The translations under genes and the position numbers were made by a program. Below, one piece after another: positions 31,329 through 42,874 of a DNA stretch of 64,000 nucleotides. Numbering within the stretch: the stretch's first letter is position 1; each line of letters begins with the position of its first letter. This DNA is from an uncultured delta proteobacterium (lineage in GTDB: Bacteria > Desulfobacterota > Desulfobacteria > Desulfobacterales > QNYZ01): positions 224,001 through 288,000 of the forward strand of contig CAWJQU010000002.1 in the NCBI GenBank assembly GCA_963845145.1. The letters run 5' to 3'. The notes beneath the pieces were generated by a model. It was given only the letters and a program-made list of their open reading frames with translations, was not told where the DNA came from and did not search any database.

Positions 31329-32280
31329 TTACCCTCCCTGTTTGTTTGCAGAACCGATATGAACGGTAAAAACTTCCGGAGTCGCCTTAATCAACGTTGT
31401 GTTTAGCGGTAACAGAATGACGGCGCGGCGTACAAAAATCCCGGAATCAAGCCCGGTCAGATCGACATATACATCGAATTGTGGATTCGTTGTCAGATTG
31501 CCGATTATTTGATCAGGGCCTTCAATGGTTAAATCAATGGTAGGCGGCGAGATTTTGTAGGGTTTTTCATCACCCTTGCTCTTGATCCTTATGCCGCGAA
31601 GTGTTTTCACCATCGTTCTTTTTTTAAAAGTCACTTCGATCATAACCGGCTCTGGTTTGGCCGGTTCAACATCATCGGGAAGATCAAGGACGACATGCTT
31701 TTTTAAAACCGCGGACATGCCGGTAATGGCCACCGGCTTGATAGGAATGCGGGCCATTTTGGCCAAAACGGAGCCAGGGCCAACGACTCGAACCCAGTCG
31801 GGTTTAACAATCGTATTGGCCACAACGTATCCTGTTGCCGGCGTACCAGTTAACACGACTTCGACGGGTAGGCGCTTTTCAATGCGTTGTTCAATATGAA
31901 CCGTTATCATCTGCGGTTGGATATTGACGATCAAAATCCCTTTGGGCAACTCAATTCTCTCAGCTTCGACCGGGATAGTTTGAACCCCACCCCCGGAAGA
32001 AGATATCTGCAAGGGGTATCGCAATAAGTGCTGGGGTAAGGCCTGAATGGCTTGCACCGATCCTTTAACGCGGACATCCAGCCCTGCCGCACGAGGACTG
32101 ATCACTTTGATACTCTGGGCGGCCGTATCACTCTGGATGGGAATAAACAGGTCGGTTTCCACTAGGGGAGGGGGACTGCCGTATTCTGAGAATACCCACC
32201 ACGCCGATCCCGATCAGGAGCAGGAGCAGCGTACATAACAACAATATATGATACCGGGAAAGACCTTTGCGGCTGGTCAT
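31329..32280 (-). CDS. cdaR: YbbR/CdaR-family protein (frameshift near 32170)
   Basis: ATG overlaps the folP stop, N-terminal TM, YbbR-like repeats (G.PATGY, V.V.GP). Confidence 0.7.
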
Positions 32281-33149
32281 GGGGTCTCATGTAAAATTGC
32301 GTCGATCATTTTCACCGTGATCCGGGTTTGGGCCACATCGTGGACACGTACCAGATGCGCGCCATTTAGGACCGCGCCGGCCACCACGGCCTGGCTCCCT
32401 GCAGCCACGTCAGGATGCTGGGGTGCAAGCGCGTCGTCTCCAGAATTCTTTAAAATATGCCGAATAAAGGCTTTGCGAGAAGGACCAACCAAAATGGGCG
32501 CGTCCAGCGCCTTCAACGCGCTCAACCGGTTGATTAAGGTAAGATTGTGGGTGAACGTTTTTCCAAATCCGATTCCCGGGTCCACGATGATTTTATCACG
32601 ACTGACTCCGGCGGCTTGGGCACGATCCATGGCATCGTTTAAAAAACCGATGATCTCCCCCATCAAATCATCGTACTGGGGGGTTACCTGCATGTTTTTG
32701 GGCGTGCCCTGCATATGCATTAAAATCAACGGCACACCCATCTTGGCCGCCAGAACACCCATGGATGGATCTAAGCGCATAGCACTGATATCATTGATAA
32801 TATCGGCCCCTGCGCCAAGCGCCTGGCGGGCGACTTCGGTTTTGGTCGTATCGATGGAGATGGGGACATTCAGGCGGCCGGCAATTTTTTCAATGACGGG
32901 CACCACGCGTTGAATTTCATCTTCCGCCGATACCGGTTCGGAAAAAGGCCGCGTCGATTCACCCCCGATATCGATGATATCCGCCCCTTCGGCGACGAGA
33001 TTTTCCGCTTGAGCGACAGCCTTATCGAGTGAGTTAAAGCGGCCGCCATCGGAAAATGAATCCGGGGTGACATTGAGCACCCCCATGATCCGTGTCCGCG
33101 CCCCTAACACCAGACGGTGAGAACCCCAGCTCAGCGTAAATGTTTGCAT
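32277..33149 (-). CDS. folP: Dihydropteroate synthase
   Basis: MGVLNVTPDSFSDGG, DIGGESTRP, DPGIGFGK, SRK, RVHDV. Confidence 0.95.
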   Translation of the reverse strand: MQTFTLSWGSHRLVLGARTRIMGVLNVTPDSFSDGGRFNSLDKAVAQAENLVAEGADIIDIGGESTRPFSEPVSAEDEIQRVVPVIEKIAGRLNVPISIDTTKTEVARQALGAGADIINDISAMRLDPSMGVLAAKMGVPLILMHMQGTPKNMQVTPQYDDLMGEIIGFLNDAMDRAQAAGVSRDKIIVDPGIGFGKTFTHNLTLINRLSALKALDAPILVGPSRKAFIRHILKNSGDDALAPQHPDVAAGSQAVVAGAVLNGAHLVRVHDVAQTRITVKMIDAILHETP

Positions 33150-33169
33150 CGATTTGTGGCCTACACCGC

Positions 33170-35110
33170 TCAGGGCTTATCTCCATCGGTTGGCTCGGTC
33201 GGTTCCTCGGTTTTTTGGGTGCTGGCCTTGCTGTCATCGGCGGATGCGCCCGCCGTTTCATCGCTTCCGGCTTCGGACTGCTCTTCGAATCCAAAATCAT
33301 CGGAAGTCGACAATTCAATCCCGGGACGCATCTCTTTGATGATTTCATCCAGTTTAGGCCCCATCACCGTCTCTTCTTCCAGAAGCAGATCAGCCAGTCG
33401 GTGTAAAACATCGACATTTTCATCCAGGACAGTGCGTGCCTGCTGATAGGCATTACCGATCAACTGTGAAATCTCGCCATCGATTTTACGGGCTGTATCT
33501 TCAGAGTAGTCCCGATGCTGAGCAATTTCACGGCCTAAAAAGATCTGCTCGTCGCCTTGGGCAAATGACAACGGACCCAGCTTCTCACTCATACCCCAGT
33601 TTCGAATCATGCGCTGGGCTAGCTCTGTGGCTTGTTTGATATCGGCCGCGGCGCCTGTGCTGATCCGATTAAATATAAGCTCTTCCGCGACACGACCACC
33701 AAAGGCCACTGCCAGCTCACTCTCCAATTGATCCTTGTATTTGAAATCTCGTTCCTCGGGTAAAAACCAGGTAATGCCTGCGGCTTGTCCTCGGGGAACG
33801 ATGGTGATTTTGTTGATCGTTTCAGTGTTGGGCAAAAACCGGGCGACCAGAGCATGCCCACCTTCATGATAGGCGGTTGTCTTTCGATCTTCTTCCCGGA
33901 CCACTTTGGATTTTCGCTCAAGGCCCATATACACCTTGTCCTTGGCATCCTCAAAGTCCACCATTTCCACTTTTTGTTTTTCCCGTTTGGCAGCTAGCAA
34001 AGCCGCTTCGTTGACCAGGTTCTCCAAGTCGGCACCGGTAAATCCCGGCGTCCCCTTGGCCAGAATTTTAATGTTGACGTCTTTGTCGATTGGACTTCTT
34101 TTCATATGGACTTTAAGTATTTTGTGACGGCCACGTATATCGGGCATGGGAACGACAATTTGTCGGTCAAACCGACCGGGCCGCAGTAAAGCGGGATCAA
34201 GAACATCGGGTCGGTTGGTGGCTGAAATGAGGATAACGCCCTCATTGGATTCAAAACCGTCCATTTCGACCAGCAACTGATTCAGGGTCTGCTCACGCTC
34301 ATCGTGACCACCACCAAGGCCTGCACCCCGATGACGACCAACCGCATCGATTTCATCGATAAAGATGATACAGGGGGCATTCTTCTTGCCCTGAACGAAC
34401 AAGTCCCTAACCCGTGACGCACCGACCCCCACAAACATTTCAACAAAATCAGAACCGCTGATACTGAAAAACGGTACGCCAGCCTCTCCGGCGATCGCTC
34501 GGGCCAAAAGGGTCTTCCCCGTTCCAGGGGACCCCACTAAAAGGACCCCTTTGGGAATCCGTCCTCCCAAACGCGTAAATTTTTTAGGGTCTCTTAAAAA
34601 ATCAACAATCTCACTTAATTCCTCTTTGGCCTCGTCAATCCCGGCCACATCCTCAAAAGTCACTTTTTCCTGTTGGTCCGAAAGCAACCGCGCCCGACTT
34701 TTGCCAAAGGAAAGCGCCTTGCCCCCACCGGCCTGCATTTGACGCATAAAAAATACCCAAACGCCGATCAGGACAATCATGGGAAACCAGGACACGAGTA
34801 CGGATACATACCAGGGTGATTCCGAAGGTGGTTTGGCTTGAATAGATACCCCTTTTCCGCGCAGTATTTTGATCAGGTCAAGATCCTGGGGTGCATAAAC
34901 CCGGTAGCGGTTGCGATTGGAATCGGTCACCAGGATTTCCTGCCCCTGTATGATCACCTGTTCGACACGCTCCCCTTCAACCATGGTCAAAAACTCCGTA
35001 TAGGTCAGGCTCGCTTCTGAAAGTTGCTGTTGATTGAAAAGGTTATACAACATGATCATCAAAAGCATGATCACCAGCCACAATGCCAGGTTTTTATAAA
35101 AAGGATTCAA
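33170..35110 (-). CDS. ftsH: ATP-dependent zinc metalloprotease FtsH
   Basis: Two TM helices, [23 protein letters not shown]. Confidence 0.97.
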   Translation of the reverse strand: MNPFYKNLALWLVIMLLMIMLYNLFNQQQLSEASLTYTEFLTMVEGERVEQVIIQGQEILVTDSNRNRYRVYAPQDLDLIKILRGKGVSIQAKPPSESPWYVSVLVSWFPMIVLIGVWVFFMRQMQAGGGKALSFGKSRARLLSDQQEKVTFEDVAGIDEAKEELSEIVDFLRDPKKFTRLGGRIPKGVLLVGSPGTGKTLLARAIAGEAGVPFFSISGSDFVEMFVGVGASRVRDLFVQGKKNAPCIIFIDEIDAVGRHRGAGLGGGHDEREQTLNQLLVEMDGFESNEGVILISATNRPDVLDPALLRPGRFDRQIVVPMPDIRGRHKILKVHMKRSPIDKDVNIKILAKGTPGFTGADLENLVNEAALLAAKREKQKVEMVDFEDAKDKVYMGLERKSKVVREEDRKTTAYHEGGHALVARFLPNTETINKITIVPRGQAAGITWFLPEERDFKYKDQLESELAVAFGGRVAEELIFNRISTGAAADIKQATELAQRMIRNWGMSEKLGPLSFAQGDEQIFLGREIAQHRDYSEDTARKIDGEISQLIGNAYQQARTVLDENVDVLHRLADLLLEEETVMGPKLDEIIKEMRPGIELSTSDDFGFEEQSEAGSDETAGASADDSKASTQKTEEPTEPTDGDKP

Positions 35111-35198
35111 GAACCATTCCCTCCATTTCGTTTGGGGTTAAAACGAACGCTTCGTCGTTCGGCGCGATCGGCATCTCAAAATTAATCATCAATCTAAT

Positions 35199-36644
35199 TT
35201 ACGCAAGTGAAACCCTTACCATTAATGCATACCGGGTTCTACGGTCGATTTTAACCTCATCGGCGATGCCGTGACCGATGATCCACACAATCCGGTTCCC
35301 GGAGGTCATAACAGGGCACTTGGACCGGTTATGGTGGTTGTTTTCCCGTTTGGACAAAAATTTTCGAACCGTTTGGCTGCCATCCAGCCCCAGGGGTGAA
35401 AATCGGTCGGATGGTTTTTGGTTTCTCACGATAACGGGAAAAGTCAATTTGTCTGCATCCATATAGGTGATTGAATCCGTGTCACCGAGCGATGTGATCG
35501 GTTGTTCGATCGTATCAAAGCTAAACGACAGATGCAGACCGACCTCTTCAATCAACAAAGCACCAGGTGGATCGATCGAATAGGAAAAGGGTGGCCGAAC
35601 ACTCGCCGGCCGAATAGGTGCAACCATGCGGAGCGACGCGACTTCCTGGGATAAGGTTAGTGATTGATCCATTCGGCAAACCCGGATTCGATGTGGAAGG
35701 TCGATGCTTTTAAAGGCACGCCCATCATTTAACATTGCCCGGATGTCCTCGATATGTTCGAACGTTATTTTCTTTAGATCGCCGCTAATTTGCATAATCG
35801 CCCGTCTAAACAGCCGTCTTTGGATCGCCGGGTCGACCTGGGCTACCTTCGGGATGGACAAAACGACAGATTGACGGCCGCATTCTATGGCCACTTCTTC
35901 AAAAACAGAGGCAACCACTTGCTCCATCCAACGATTCTCGGATCGAAATACCTCGGCCATCTGATTAAGGCCTTGGACCAGGCGCGGATTATAATTGGCA
36001 GTCATATGGGGCAATAGCTCGAGCCGTATCCGGTTACGGAGATGTTTAGGATCGGCATTGGACGCATCGATGACATAATCGTGTTTTTCACAGGCCAGGT
36101 AATCCATAATTTTTTCCCGGGTGACACCCATCATGGGGCGCACGATGTGATCATCCCGGACCGGTGGGATACCGGACAGGCCGGTGGGACCGCTGCCGCG
36201 CAGAAGATTCATCAGAACCTGCTCGGCATTGTCGTCCATATGATGCCCCAGAGCGATTTTGTCAAAATTGTGAGTTTGAATGATTTTTAATAAGAAAGCG
36301 TAACGTAATTTACGCGCCGCTGTTTCAAGCGAAAGCCGGTGACGACGGCGGTAGGCACGCACATCACCTTTTTCCGAATAAAGGGCCAGATGCAACCGGT
36401 CGGCTAAAGCCGCCACAAAGCCGGCATCACGATTCGATGCATTCCCCCGAAGATCGTGGTTAAAATGCGCAATCGCCAAGGTCAGGTTAAATTCAGGGGA
36501 TATCTCTTTCAAGATGTGTAAAAGGGCCACTGAGTCCGGCCCCCCGGATACACCCACCAGTACTTTTTCTCCCGGTTGAAACATCTGATGGGTCTGAATT
36601 GTTTGGTAAATTTTTTGAAACAACGGTTTTGAATCGTATACCAA
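35199..36644 (-). CDS. tilS: tRNA(Ile)-lysidine synthase
   Basis: SGGPDS, GHHMDDNAE, DASN..RNRIR; upstream of ftsH. Confidence 0.93.
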   Translation of the reverse strand: MVYDSKPLFQKIYQTIQTHQMFQPGEKVLVGVSGGPDSVALLHILKEISPEFNLTLAIAHFNHDLRGNASNRDAGFVAALADRLHLALYSEKGDVRAYRRRHRLSLETAARKLRYAFLLKIIQTHNFDKIALGHHMDDNAEQVLMNLLRGSGPTGLSGIPPVRDDHIVRPMMGVTREKIMDYLACEKHDYVIDASNADPKHLRNRIRLELLPHMTANYNPRLVQGLNQMAEVFRSENRWMEQVVASVFEEVAIECGRQSVVLSIPKVAQVDPAIQRRLFRRAIMQISGDLKKITFEHIEDIRAMLNDGRAFKSIDLPHRIRVCRMDQSLTLSQEVASLRMVAPIRPASVRPPFSYSIDPPGALLIEEVGLHLSFSFDTIEQPITSLGDTDSITYMDADKLTFPVIVRNQKPSDRFSPLGLDGSQTVRKFLSKRENNHHNRSKCPVMTSGNRIVWIIGHGIADEVKIDRRTRYALMVRVSLA

Positions 36645-36781
36645 TTATGGTTTCCCTTCATTCCCATGCGTTTCAGCGTTCTCAGTAGTATCCTGCATCA
36701 CGGTTTCTTAAGTCAAGTGACGAAACAATCATGCGTTTTTTTCTCTTGAAAAATGTCAATGACCCATTATATTCATTGGCT

Positions 36782-37029
36782 GGTTGTGCTAGGCGGGGAG
36801 TTAGCGGTGCCCTTTACCCGAAAACCGCTTTATGCGGGGCTGAATTCCCTCTGAAGGATCATTATTCAAAAATCGGCTCTTGCCGACCGGTCGCCGCGCA
36901 ACAGACACTCACGAACCTCGTCAGGTCCGGAAGGAAGCAGCGATAAGTGATGGCGTCTGTGTCGCGGATCGATACCGGTCAAAGGCTGGAACAGATGGAC
37001 GAAAACCATTCGACAGGGGGTGCACAACC
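36782..37029 (+). ncRNA. ffs: Signal recognition particle RNA, large (Alu-domain) type
   Basis: Helix-8 TCAGGTCCGGAAGGAAGCAGC; 5' GGTTGTGC pairs with 3' GCACAACC; 5' GGGGAG..GCGGTGCCC Alu-like region. Confidence 0.9.
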
Positions 37030-37120
37030 GTTCATTCCTTTTTTCCGCCTACCCTTGCCCGCAATAATTCCAAGGATTTAGAGAAAACCATTTTCCAATC
37101 TTTCGCCCTTTTGCATTTGG

Positions 37121-37149
37121 CTTGACAAACCCTTGGATGGCCTTATTTT
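37121..37149 (+). promoter_or_regulatory. Candidate grpE-dnaK promoter
   Basis: CTTGACA-N14-CTTATTTT, same motif and spacing as upstream of hsp20. Confidence 0.5.
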
Positions 37150-37207
37150 TTAGCGAAAATTGGGTTGGTATTGGAGTAGTCAAAAACCGTTTGGAGTCAA
37201 CCGATTT

Positions 37208-37870
37208 ATGTCGATCAGCGCACAAGAACAAAATCAAACAGAAAAAAAGACGCCACATCCCTCGGAAGAGGATGATGCAGCGACCATTCCAATCATTGAT
37301 AAAAACGATACGCCTGATGATGACGCAGCCGGATCTTCAGGGGATAAGGAAACGGAAAAACGAAAAGATTCCCCAAAAGACCCCAATATTCCGTTGGAAG
37401 AACAACTCGCGTCGGCCAAGGAAGAGGCCCAGGCTAACTATGATCGTTTTTTAAGAATCGGTGCCGAATTTGATAATTACAAAAAACGGATTCTGAGAGA
37501 AACGTCCGAATCACGGAAGTATGCCAATGAAACCCTGCTCCGGGAGCTATTGTCGGTGGTTGACAATCTGGAACGGGCGTTAAGCGCCGCTGAAAAAGAG
37601 GACACCGATGCCGCCGGGTTGATTGATGGTGTTACATTGACCTTAGGGGAATTGCTGAAAATATTTGAAAAATTTTCCGTTAAGCCCATCGAGGCCCAGG
37701 GGAAACCGTTTGATCCGACCTTTCATCAGGCGATGGGCCAGGAAAAAACCGACAAATTTCCTGAAAATACGGTTACCCAGGAATTTCAAAAAGGGTACAC
37801 TTACCATGACCGACTCCTTCGCCCAGCCATGGTGATGGTGGCCAAGCCAGCCACAGACAAGAATAATTAG
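37208..37870 (+). CDS. grpE: Nucleotide exchange factor GrpE
   Basis: AEFDNYKKR, VDNLERAL, FDPTFHQA, RLLRPAMVMV. Confidence 0.95.
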   Translation: MSISAQEQNQTEKKTPHPSEEDDAATIPIIDKNDTPDDDAAGSSGDKETEKRKDSPKDPNIPLEEQLASAKEEAQANYDRFLRIGAEFDNYKKRILRETSESRKYANETLLRELLSVVDNLERALSAAEKEDTDAAGLIDGVTLTLGELLKIFEKFSVKPIEAQGKPFDPTFHQAMGQEKTDKFPENTVTQEFQKGYTYHDRLLRPAMVMVAKPATDKNN

Positions 37871-38005
37871 GAACGAGAATAATTAAGACGATGATAATGA
37901 CTAAGTTTAAATGAAACCCGATGCATAAAATACCCAAACACATAAAAATAGATATCATATAGAACAATTCGCATATCAAAAATCAGGTCAGGGAGGTCCA
38001 GAAAG

Positions 38006-39943
38006 ATGAGTAAAATTATCGGAATCGATTTAGGCACCACCAATTCCTGCGTAGCGGTGATGGAGGGTGGCGATGCAAAGGTCATCACCAACCCGGAGGG
38101 GGGGCGCACAACGCCTTCCATCGTGGCTGTTTCGGATAGTGGTGAGCGCCTGGTTGGGCAAGTGGCCAAACGCCAAGCGATTACAAACCCGGAAAATACG
38201 GTTTTTGGGGTCAAACGTTTGATCGGGCGTAAATTTAAATCGGCTGAAGTTCAGCGGGATATCAAAGTCCTCCCGTATGAGCTCGAAGGCGCCTCCAACG
38301 GAGACATCCGTATCAATCTAAGAGATAAAAAATATAGCCCGGCTGAAATTTCCGCCTTTATTTTAGGCAATATCAAAAAGACGGCGGAAGCCTATTTGGG
38401 CGAAACCGTGACCGATGCCGTCATTACCGTTCCAGCCTATTTCGACGACAGCCAGCGCCAGGCAACCAAAGATGCCGGTAAAATCGCCGGCCTCAATGTG
38501 AAGCGGATAATCAACGAACCCACTGCGGCCTCACTGGCATACGGCCTCGATAAAAAGGCCGAAGAAAAAATCGCCGTATTTGACTTGGGCGGCGGGACGT
38601 TTGACATATCGATTCTAGAAATCGGTGAAGGGGTATTTGAAGTCAAATCCACCAATGGCGATACCCATCTGGGTGGTGAGGATTTTGATCTGCGCATCAT
38701 CGAATATCTGGCCGACGAATTTAATAAGGACCAGGGGATCAACCTACGAAGTGATAAGATGGCGCTTCAGCGCCTTAAAGAAGCGGCCGAAAAAGCCAAA
38801 ATGGAACTTTCCTCGTCCATGGAAACCGATGTTAATCTTCCGTTTATCACTGCTGATGCGTCCGGGCCGAAACATCTGAATATCAAACTCGGACGCGCCA
38901 AGCTCGAGGCCCTGGTCGGTGATCTTCTGGATAATATCGAACGCCCTTGTCGAACCGCTTTAAAAGACGCCGGTATTCCTGCCGGTGAGATTAAAGAGGT
39001 TGTGCTGGTGGGTGGTATGACACGCATGCCGGCCGTGCAGGAACGCGTAAAAAAGATATTCGGCAAAGAGCCCAATAAAAGCGTCAATCCTGATGAGGTC
39101 GTGGCCTTAGGTGCCGCCATTCAGGGCGGTGTGCTTCAGGGAGATGTCAAGGATGTGCTGTTGTTGGATGTCACACCACTCTCCTTGGGTATCGAAACCC
39201 TTGGCGGTGTCATGACCCGGCTCATTGAAAAAAACACAACGATCCCGACGAAGAAAAGCCAGACCTTTTCCACGGCTGCGGATAACCAGCCGGCAGTATC
39301 GATTCATGTTCTACAGGGTGAACGTGAAATGGCCGGTTATAATAAGACCCTGGGACGGTTTGAATTGGTGGGCATTCCACCCGCCCCCCGGGGCGTTCCC
39401 CAGGTTGAAGTATCCTTTGACATCGATGCCAATGGCATCGTCAAAGTATCGGCCAAGGATATGGCGACGGGTAAAGAACAATCGATTCAGATTACCGCAT
39501 CCAGTGGATTGACCCAGGAAGAGATCAATTCCGCCATTCAGGACGCCGAACAGCATGCCGAAGAGGATAAAGCCAAACGTGATTTGATCGATGCACGTAA
39601 CGCGGCGGATTCCCTTATTTATACCACCGAGAAGTCAATCAAGGACCTCGGAGATAAGGTCGATGAAGAAACCAAAGGTAAAATAGAATCCGGTGTGGCT
39701 GATCTTAAAAAGGCTATGGAGACGGAAGATGTTGAACAGATCAAGCAGGCGAGTGAAGCATTAAGCCAGACTTCCCATAAGCTAGCCGAAGCCATGTACC
39801 AGCAAGCCGCCCAATCGGGTGAAGGTGCGCCTGGCGATCCGGGTGCGGACCCGGACGGACCCGGTGGAAATGCGGGTCCTGGTGGGGGTGCCGATGAAGA
39901 TGTCGTTGATGCGGATTTCGAGGAAGTTAAAGACGACAAATAA
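38006..39943 (+). CDS. dnaK: Chaperone DnaK
   Basis: [17 protein letters not shown], terminal DADFEEV. Confidence 0.98.
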   Translation: MSKIIGIDLGTTNSCVAVMEGGDAKVITNPEGGRTTPSIVAVSDSGERLVGQVAKRQAITNPENTVFGVKRLIGRKFKSAEVQRDIKVLPYELEGASNGDIRINLRDKKYSPAEISAFILGNIKKTAEAYLGETVTDAVITVPAYFDDSQRQATKDAGKIAGLNVKRIINEPTAASLAYGLDKKAEEKIAVFDLGGGTFDISILEIGEGVFEVKSTNGDTHLGGEDFDLRIIEYLADEFNKDQGINLRSDKMALQRLKEAAEKAKMELSSSMETDVNLPFITADASGPKHLNIKLGRAKLEALVGDLLDNIERPCRTALKDAGIPAGEIKEVVLVGGMTRMPAVQERVKKIFGKEPNKSVNPDEVVALGAAIQGGVLQGDVKDVLLLDVTPLSLGIETLGGVMTRLIEKNTTIPTKKSQTFSTAADNQPAVSIHVLQGEREMAGYNKTLGRFELVGIPPAPRGVPQVEVSFDIDANGIVKVSAKDMATGKEQSIQITASSGLTQEEINSAIQDAEQHAEEDKAKRDLIDARNAADSLIYTTEKSIKDLGDKVDEETKGKIESGVADLKKAMETEDVEQIKQASEALSQTSHKLAEAMYQQAAQSGEGAPGDPGADPDGPGGNAGPGGGADEDVVDADFEEVKDDK

Positions 39944-39967
39944 TTTAAGATTGGCTGAAAAGACCAT

Positions 39968-40007
39968 GAGCCCCGCGGTACCCTCTCACGTGTCGCGGGG
40001 TTTTTTT
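39968..40007 (+). terminator. Rho-independent terminator after dnaK
   Basis: CCCCGCG...CGCGGGG followed by T7. Confidence 0.75.
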
Positions 40008-40072
40008 CATCTTAACAGGCACGGTTACCAATGCCCCCGTCATTCAAAAAAGTCCATCAAGCCGGCCATTGG

Positions 40073-40927
40073 ATGACACGAATATCCACATACGGCCGCA
40101 TGATCAAATTCAGCCACACGATTTTTGCCCTGCCCTTTGCCCTGGTTGCTGCCCTTCTCGTGTGGAGACAATATGCCATTAACCTATTTGATATCGGCTG
40201 GGTAGTCCTGGCCATGGTGGGTGCACGATCAGCAGCAATGGGGTTTAACCGCGTCATCGATGCAGCTATAGACGGTAAAAATCCCCGCACTAAAATGCGT
40301 GAAATTCCCTCCGGTCAGATTTCGAGCCCTGCTGTGTGGGTATTTATTTTACTTTCGGCCGGTCTTTTCATCTTAGCCACCGCGATGCTCGGCCGACAAT
40401 GCCTGCTTCTGGCCTTACCCATTTTGGCTATTTTGTTTTTTTACTCCTACACCAAAAGATTCACATGGCTATCCCATCTGTTTTTGGGGTTTGCCATTTC
40501 CCTGGCGCCTTGGGGCACATGGGTCGCCCTAACCAAAACATTTTCCGGCCCCATCTGGCTCCTCTCATTGGCGTTACTGACGTATATTGCCGGATTTGAC
40601 ATTCTCTATGCCTGCCAGGATATCGCCTTTGATCGCCGCGAAGGCCTCCATTCCATACCGGCTCGGTTTGGTGTTCGGCGGGCACTGGCCGTTTCAATCG
40701 GGTTGCATGTAATCACCTTCGGCGCCCTGGCAGTCATTTATTTCGAATTTCAAATGCGTTCCGTGTATCTCGGCACGCTGGCAATCATCGGAGTATTGAT
40801 GATTATCGAACATGGATTGGTGCGTCCCAACAATTTATCCAAAGTTAATGTGGCTTTCTTTCATTTAAACAGCTTGATATCGGTGGTCCTGTTTTTAGGG
40901 GTGATGGCAGATGAAATTATCCGATAA
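40073..40927 (+). CDS. UbiA-family polyprenyltransferase (MqnP-like, futalosine menaquinone pathway)
   Basis: IKFSHTIFALPF, NRVIDAAID..NPRT..R, YSYTKR, FDILYACQD. Confidence 0.88.
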   Translation: MTRISTYGRMIKFSHTIFALPFALVAALLVWRQYAINLFDIGWVVLAMVGARSAAMGFNRVIDAAIDGKNPRTKMREIPSGQISSPAVWVFILLSAGLFILATAMLGRQCLLLALPILAILFFYSYTKRFTWLSHLFLGFAISLAPWGTWVALTKTFSGPIWLLSLALLTYIAGFDILYACQDIAFDRREGLHSIPARFGVRRALAVSIGLHVITFGALAVIYFEFQMRSVYLGTLAIIGVLMIIEHGLVRPNNLSKVNVAFFHLNSLISVVLFLGVMADEIIR

Positions 40928-40994
40928 ATAAGATAGCTCATCGCCTGTTTAAAGGGTTACGCCCGCAGACTTTTACTAGAAAACATCACACATC

Positions 40995-42785
40995 ATGTAT
41001 AACAATCTGAACGCATTCATCGAAGCCATTGATGCGGCTGGAGAACTTACCCGCGTTACCCGCGAGGTAGATCCCATTGTGGAGATTAGCCGCTGGACAG
41101 ATAGAGAATCAAAAAAACATCAAGGTGGCAAAGCGCTCCTCTTTACCAATGTGCGCGGGTCCAGATTCCCCGTGGCTACCAATTTATTCGGCAGCCCGCG
41201 ACGCATTCGAATGGCCATGAACGTTGAAAATATAGACGACCTGGGCCGGCGCGTCCAGCGGTATACGGATTTCCATCCGCCCCGCTCTTTTAAAGATGTT
41301 CTTAGGCTGGTTCCCATGGCCGCCGATCTGTTTCGGTTTTTTCCTCGCCGCTTTCGGGGCCGACGCCCCCCCTGCCAGGAAGTGGTCTATACCCACGATG
41401 ATATCGATTTGGGAATTCTGCCGGTAATAAAATGCTGGCCCCAGGATGCCGGGCGATTCATTACCCTTCCCCTGGTCTTTACCCGAAGCCTGGCCACCGG
41501 CAAACGGAATGTGGGCATGTACCGCATGCAGATTTTCGATCCAAAAACCACTGGCATGCACTGGCATATCCATAAAGATGGGGCCCACTATTACGACGAA
41601 TATGTACGTGCCGGACGCCGAATGCCGGTGGCCGTTGCTATCGGTGCGGATCCGGCCACGGTATACACGGCGACCGCGCCCCTGCCCCGCGGAATGGATG
41701 AAATGGCGTTGGCCGGTTTTATTCGAAAAAAACCGGTGCGGATGGCCAAGTGTCTGACCGTCGATCTTACGGTACCAGCCGAGGCCGAATTTATTCTGGA
41801 GGGGTATGTTCAACCCGGTGAATTGCGCCGCGAGGGGCCTTTTGGGGACCATACCGGATACTATTCTCTGGCGGATGATTATCCCGTGTTTCACGTCACC
41901 GCGCTGACCCACCGTGAAAACCCCGTTTATCAAACAACGCTGGTGGGGCGTCCGCCCATGGAAGACTGTTACCTGGCCCAAGTGACCGAGCGGCTTTTTC
42001 TGCCCATGTTGCAAACGGTTCTACCGGAGATAAAAGATTATCATTTCCCCTGGGAAGGCGTGTTTCATAATATGGTCGTCGTCTCTATTCAAAAGGCCTA
42101 CGCCGGACACGCCCAGAAAGTGATCAGCGGCCTCTGGGGCCAGGGCCAGATGAGTTTTTGCAAGACCATTGTTGTGGTGGATGAGGATGTCGCACCGGAT
42201 AACACAAAGCATGTGCTTCAAACCCTGATTAGCCGGCTGGACGTTGAATCCGATCTAATGAAAACCACAGGCATATTGGATGTGCTGGACCACAGTTCAC
42301 CCCATCCCAATTTCGGCCATAAATTGGGAATTGATTTAACAACCCGATTCACCGGCGAGCCGTTGCGGCAAAAATCACAAACCCCGGCCTATCGGCCTTT
42401 TTCAAAAGAATCGGCTGATTCGATCAAGACAGCGGTAGTCGACATTGTGGCCTTGCGGGAGTTGGTGGTGGGTCAACCCGGCGACTTAGATCGTCGAATT
42501 CGCCTGATCGCCATGTCCGTCAGTCGATCCGAACAGAAAGCGGGACAGGCCGTGGCCGAAGTGTTGTTACACAACAGCCATCTGCATGCCGGTGACATCG
42601 CCATTCTCTTTGATGCGCATATCGATCTTCACGATGAATCTCGGTTATTGTGGCAGTTGTTTAACAATGTTGACCCCGGCAGGGATCTGTTTATCAAAGA
42701 CGCCCGATTGGTTGTCGATGCCTGCCGCAAACGGCCCGTGGACGGCCATCACCGCCAGTGGCCCGATGAACTGGCTTTTGATTAA
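40995..42785 (+). CDS. UbiD-family menaquinone biosynthesis decarboxylase (MqnL-like)
   Basis: NVGMYRMQ, EGPFGDHTGYY, GRPPMED, DVLDH. Confidence 0.88.
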   Translation: MYNNLNAFIEAIDAAGELTRVTREVDPIVEISRWTDRESKKHQGGKALLFTNVRGSRFPVATNLFGSPRRIRMAMNVENIDDLGRRVQRYTDFHPPRSFKDVLRLVPMAADLFRFFPRRFRGRRPPCQEVVYTHDDIDLGILPVIKCWPQDAGRFITLPLVFTRSLATGKRNVGMYRMQIFDPKTTGMHWHIHKDGAHYYDEYVRAGRRMPVAVAIGADPATVYTATAPLPRGMDEMALAGFIRKKPVRMAKCLTVDLTVPAEAEFILEGYVQPGELRREGPFGDHTGYYSLADDYPVFHVTALTHRENPVYQTTLVGRPPMEDCYLAQVTERLFLPMLQTVLPEIKDYHFPWEGVFHNMVVVSIQKAYAGHAQKVISGLWGQGQMSFCKTIVVVDEDVAPDNTKHVLQTLISRLDVESDLMKTTGILDVLDHSSPHPNFGHKLGIDLTTRFTGEPLRQKSQTPAYRPFSKESADSIKTAVVDIVALRELVVGQPGDLDRRIRLIAMSVSRSEQKAGQAVAEVLLHNSHLHAGDIAILFDAHIDLHDESRLLWQLFNNVDPGRDLFIKDARLVVDACRKRPVDGHHRQWPDELAFD

Positions 42786-42874
42786 CTTTTGACCCGCTAC
42801 ACAAGACCAAATCATGTTTACTATTAGAAACGAAGCAACAGTATATAGAGAATTATCCACGGGAGCCAAAAAAA

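Noticed and set aside
37030..38005. CIRCE/HrcA operator at grpE-dnaK
   Set aside because: No TTAGCACTC-N9-GAGTGCTAA match found
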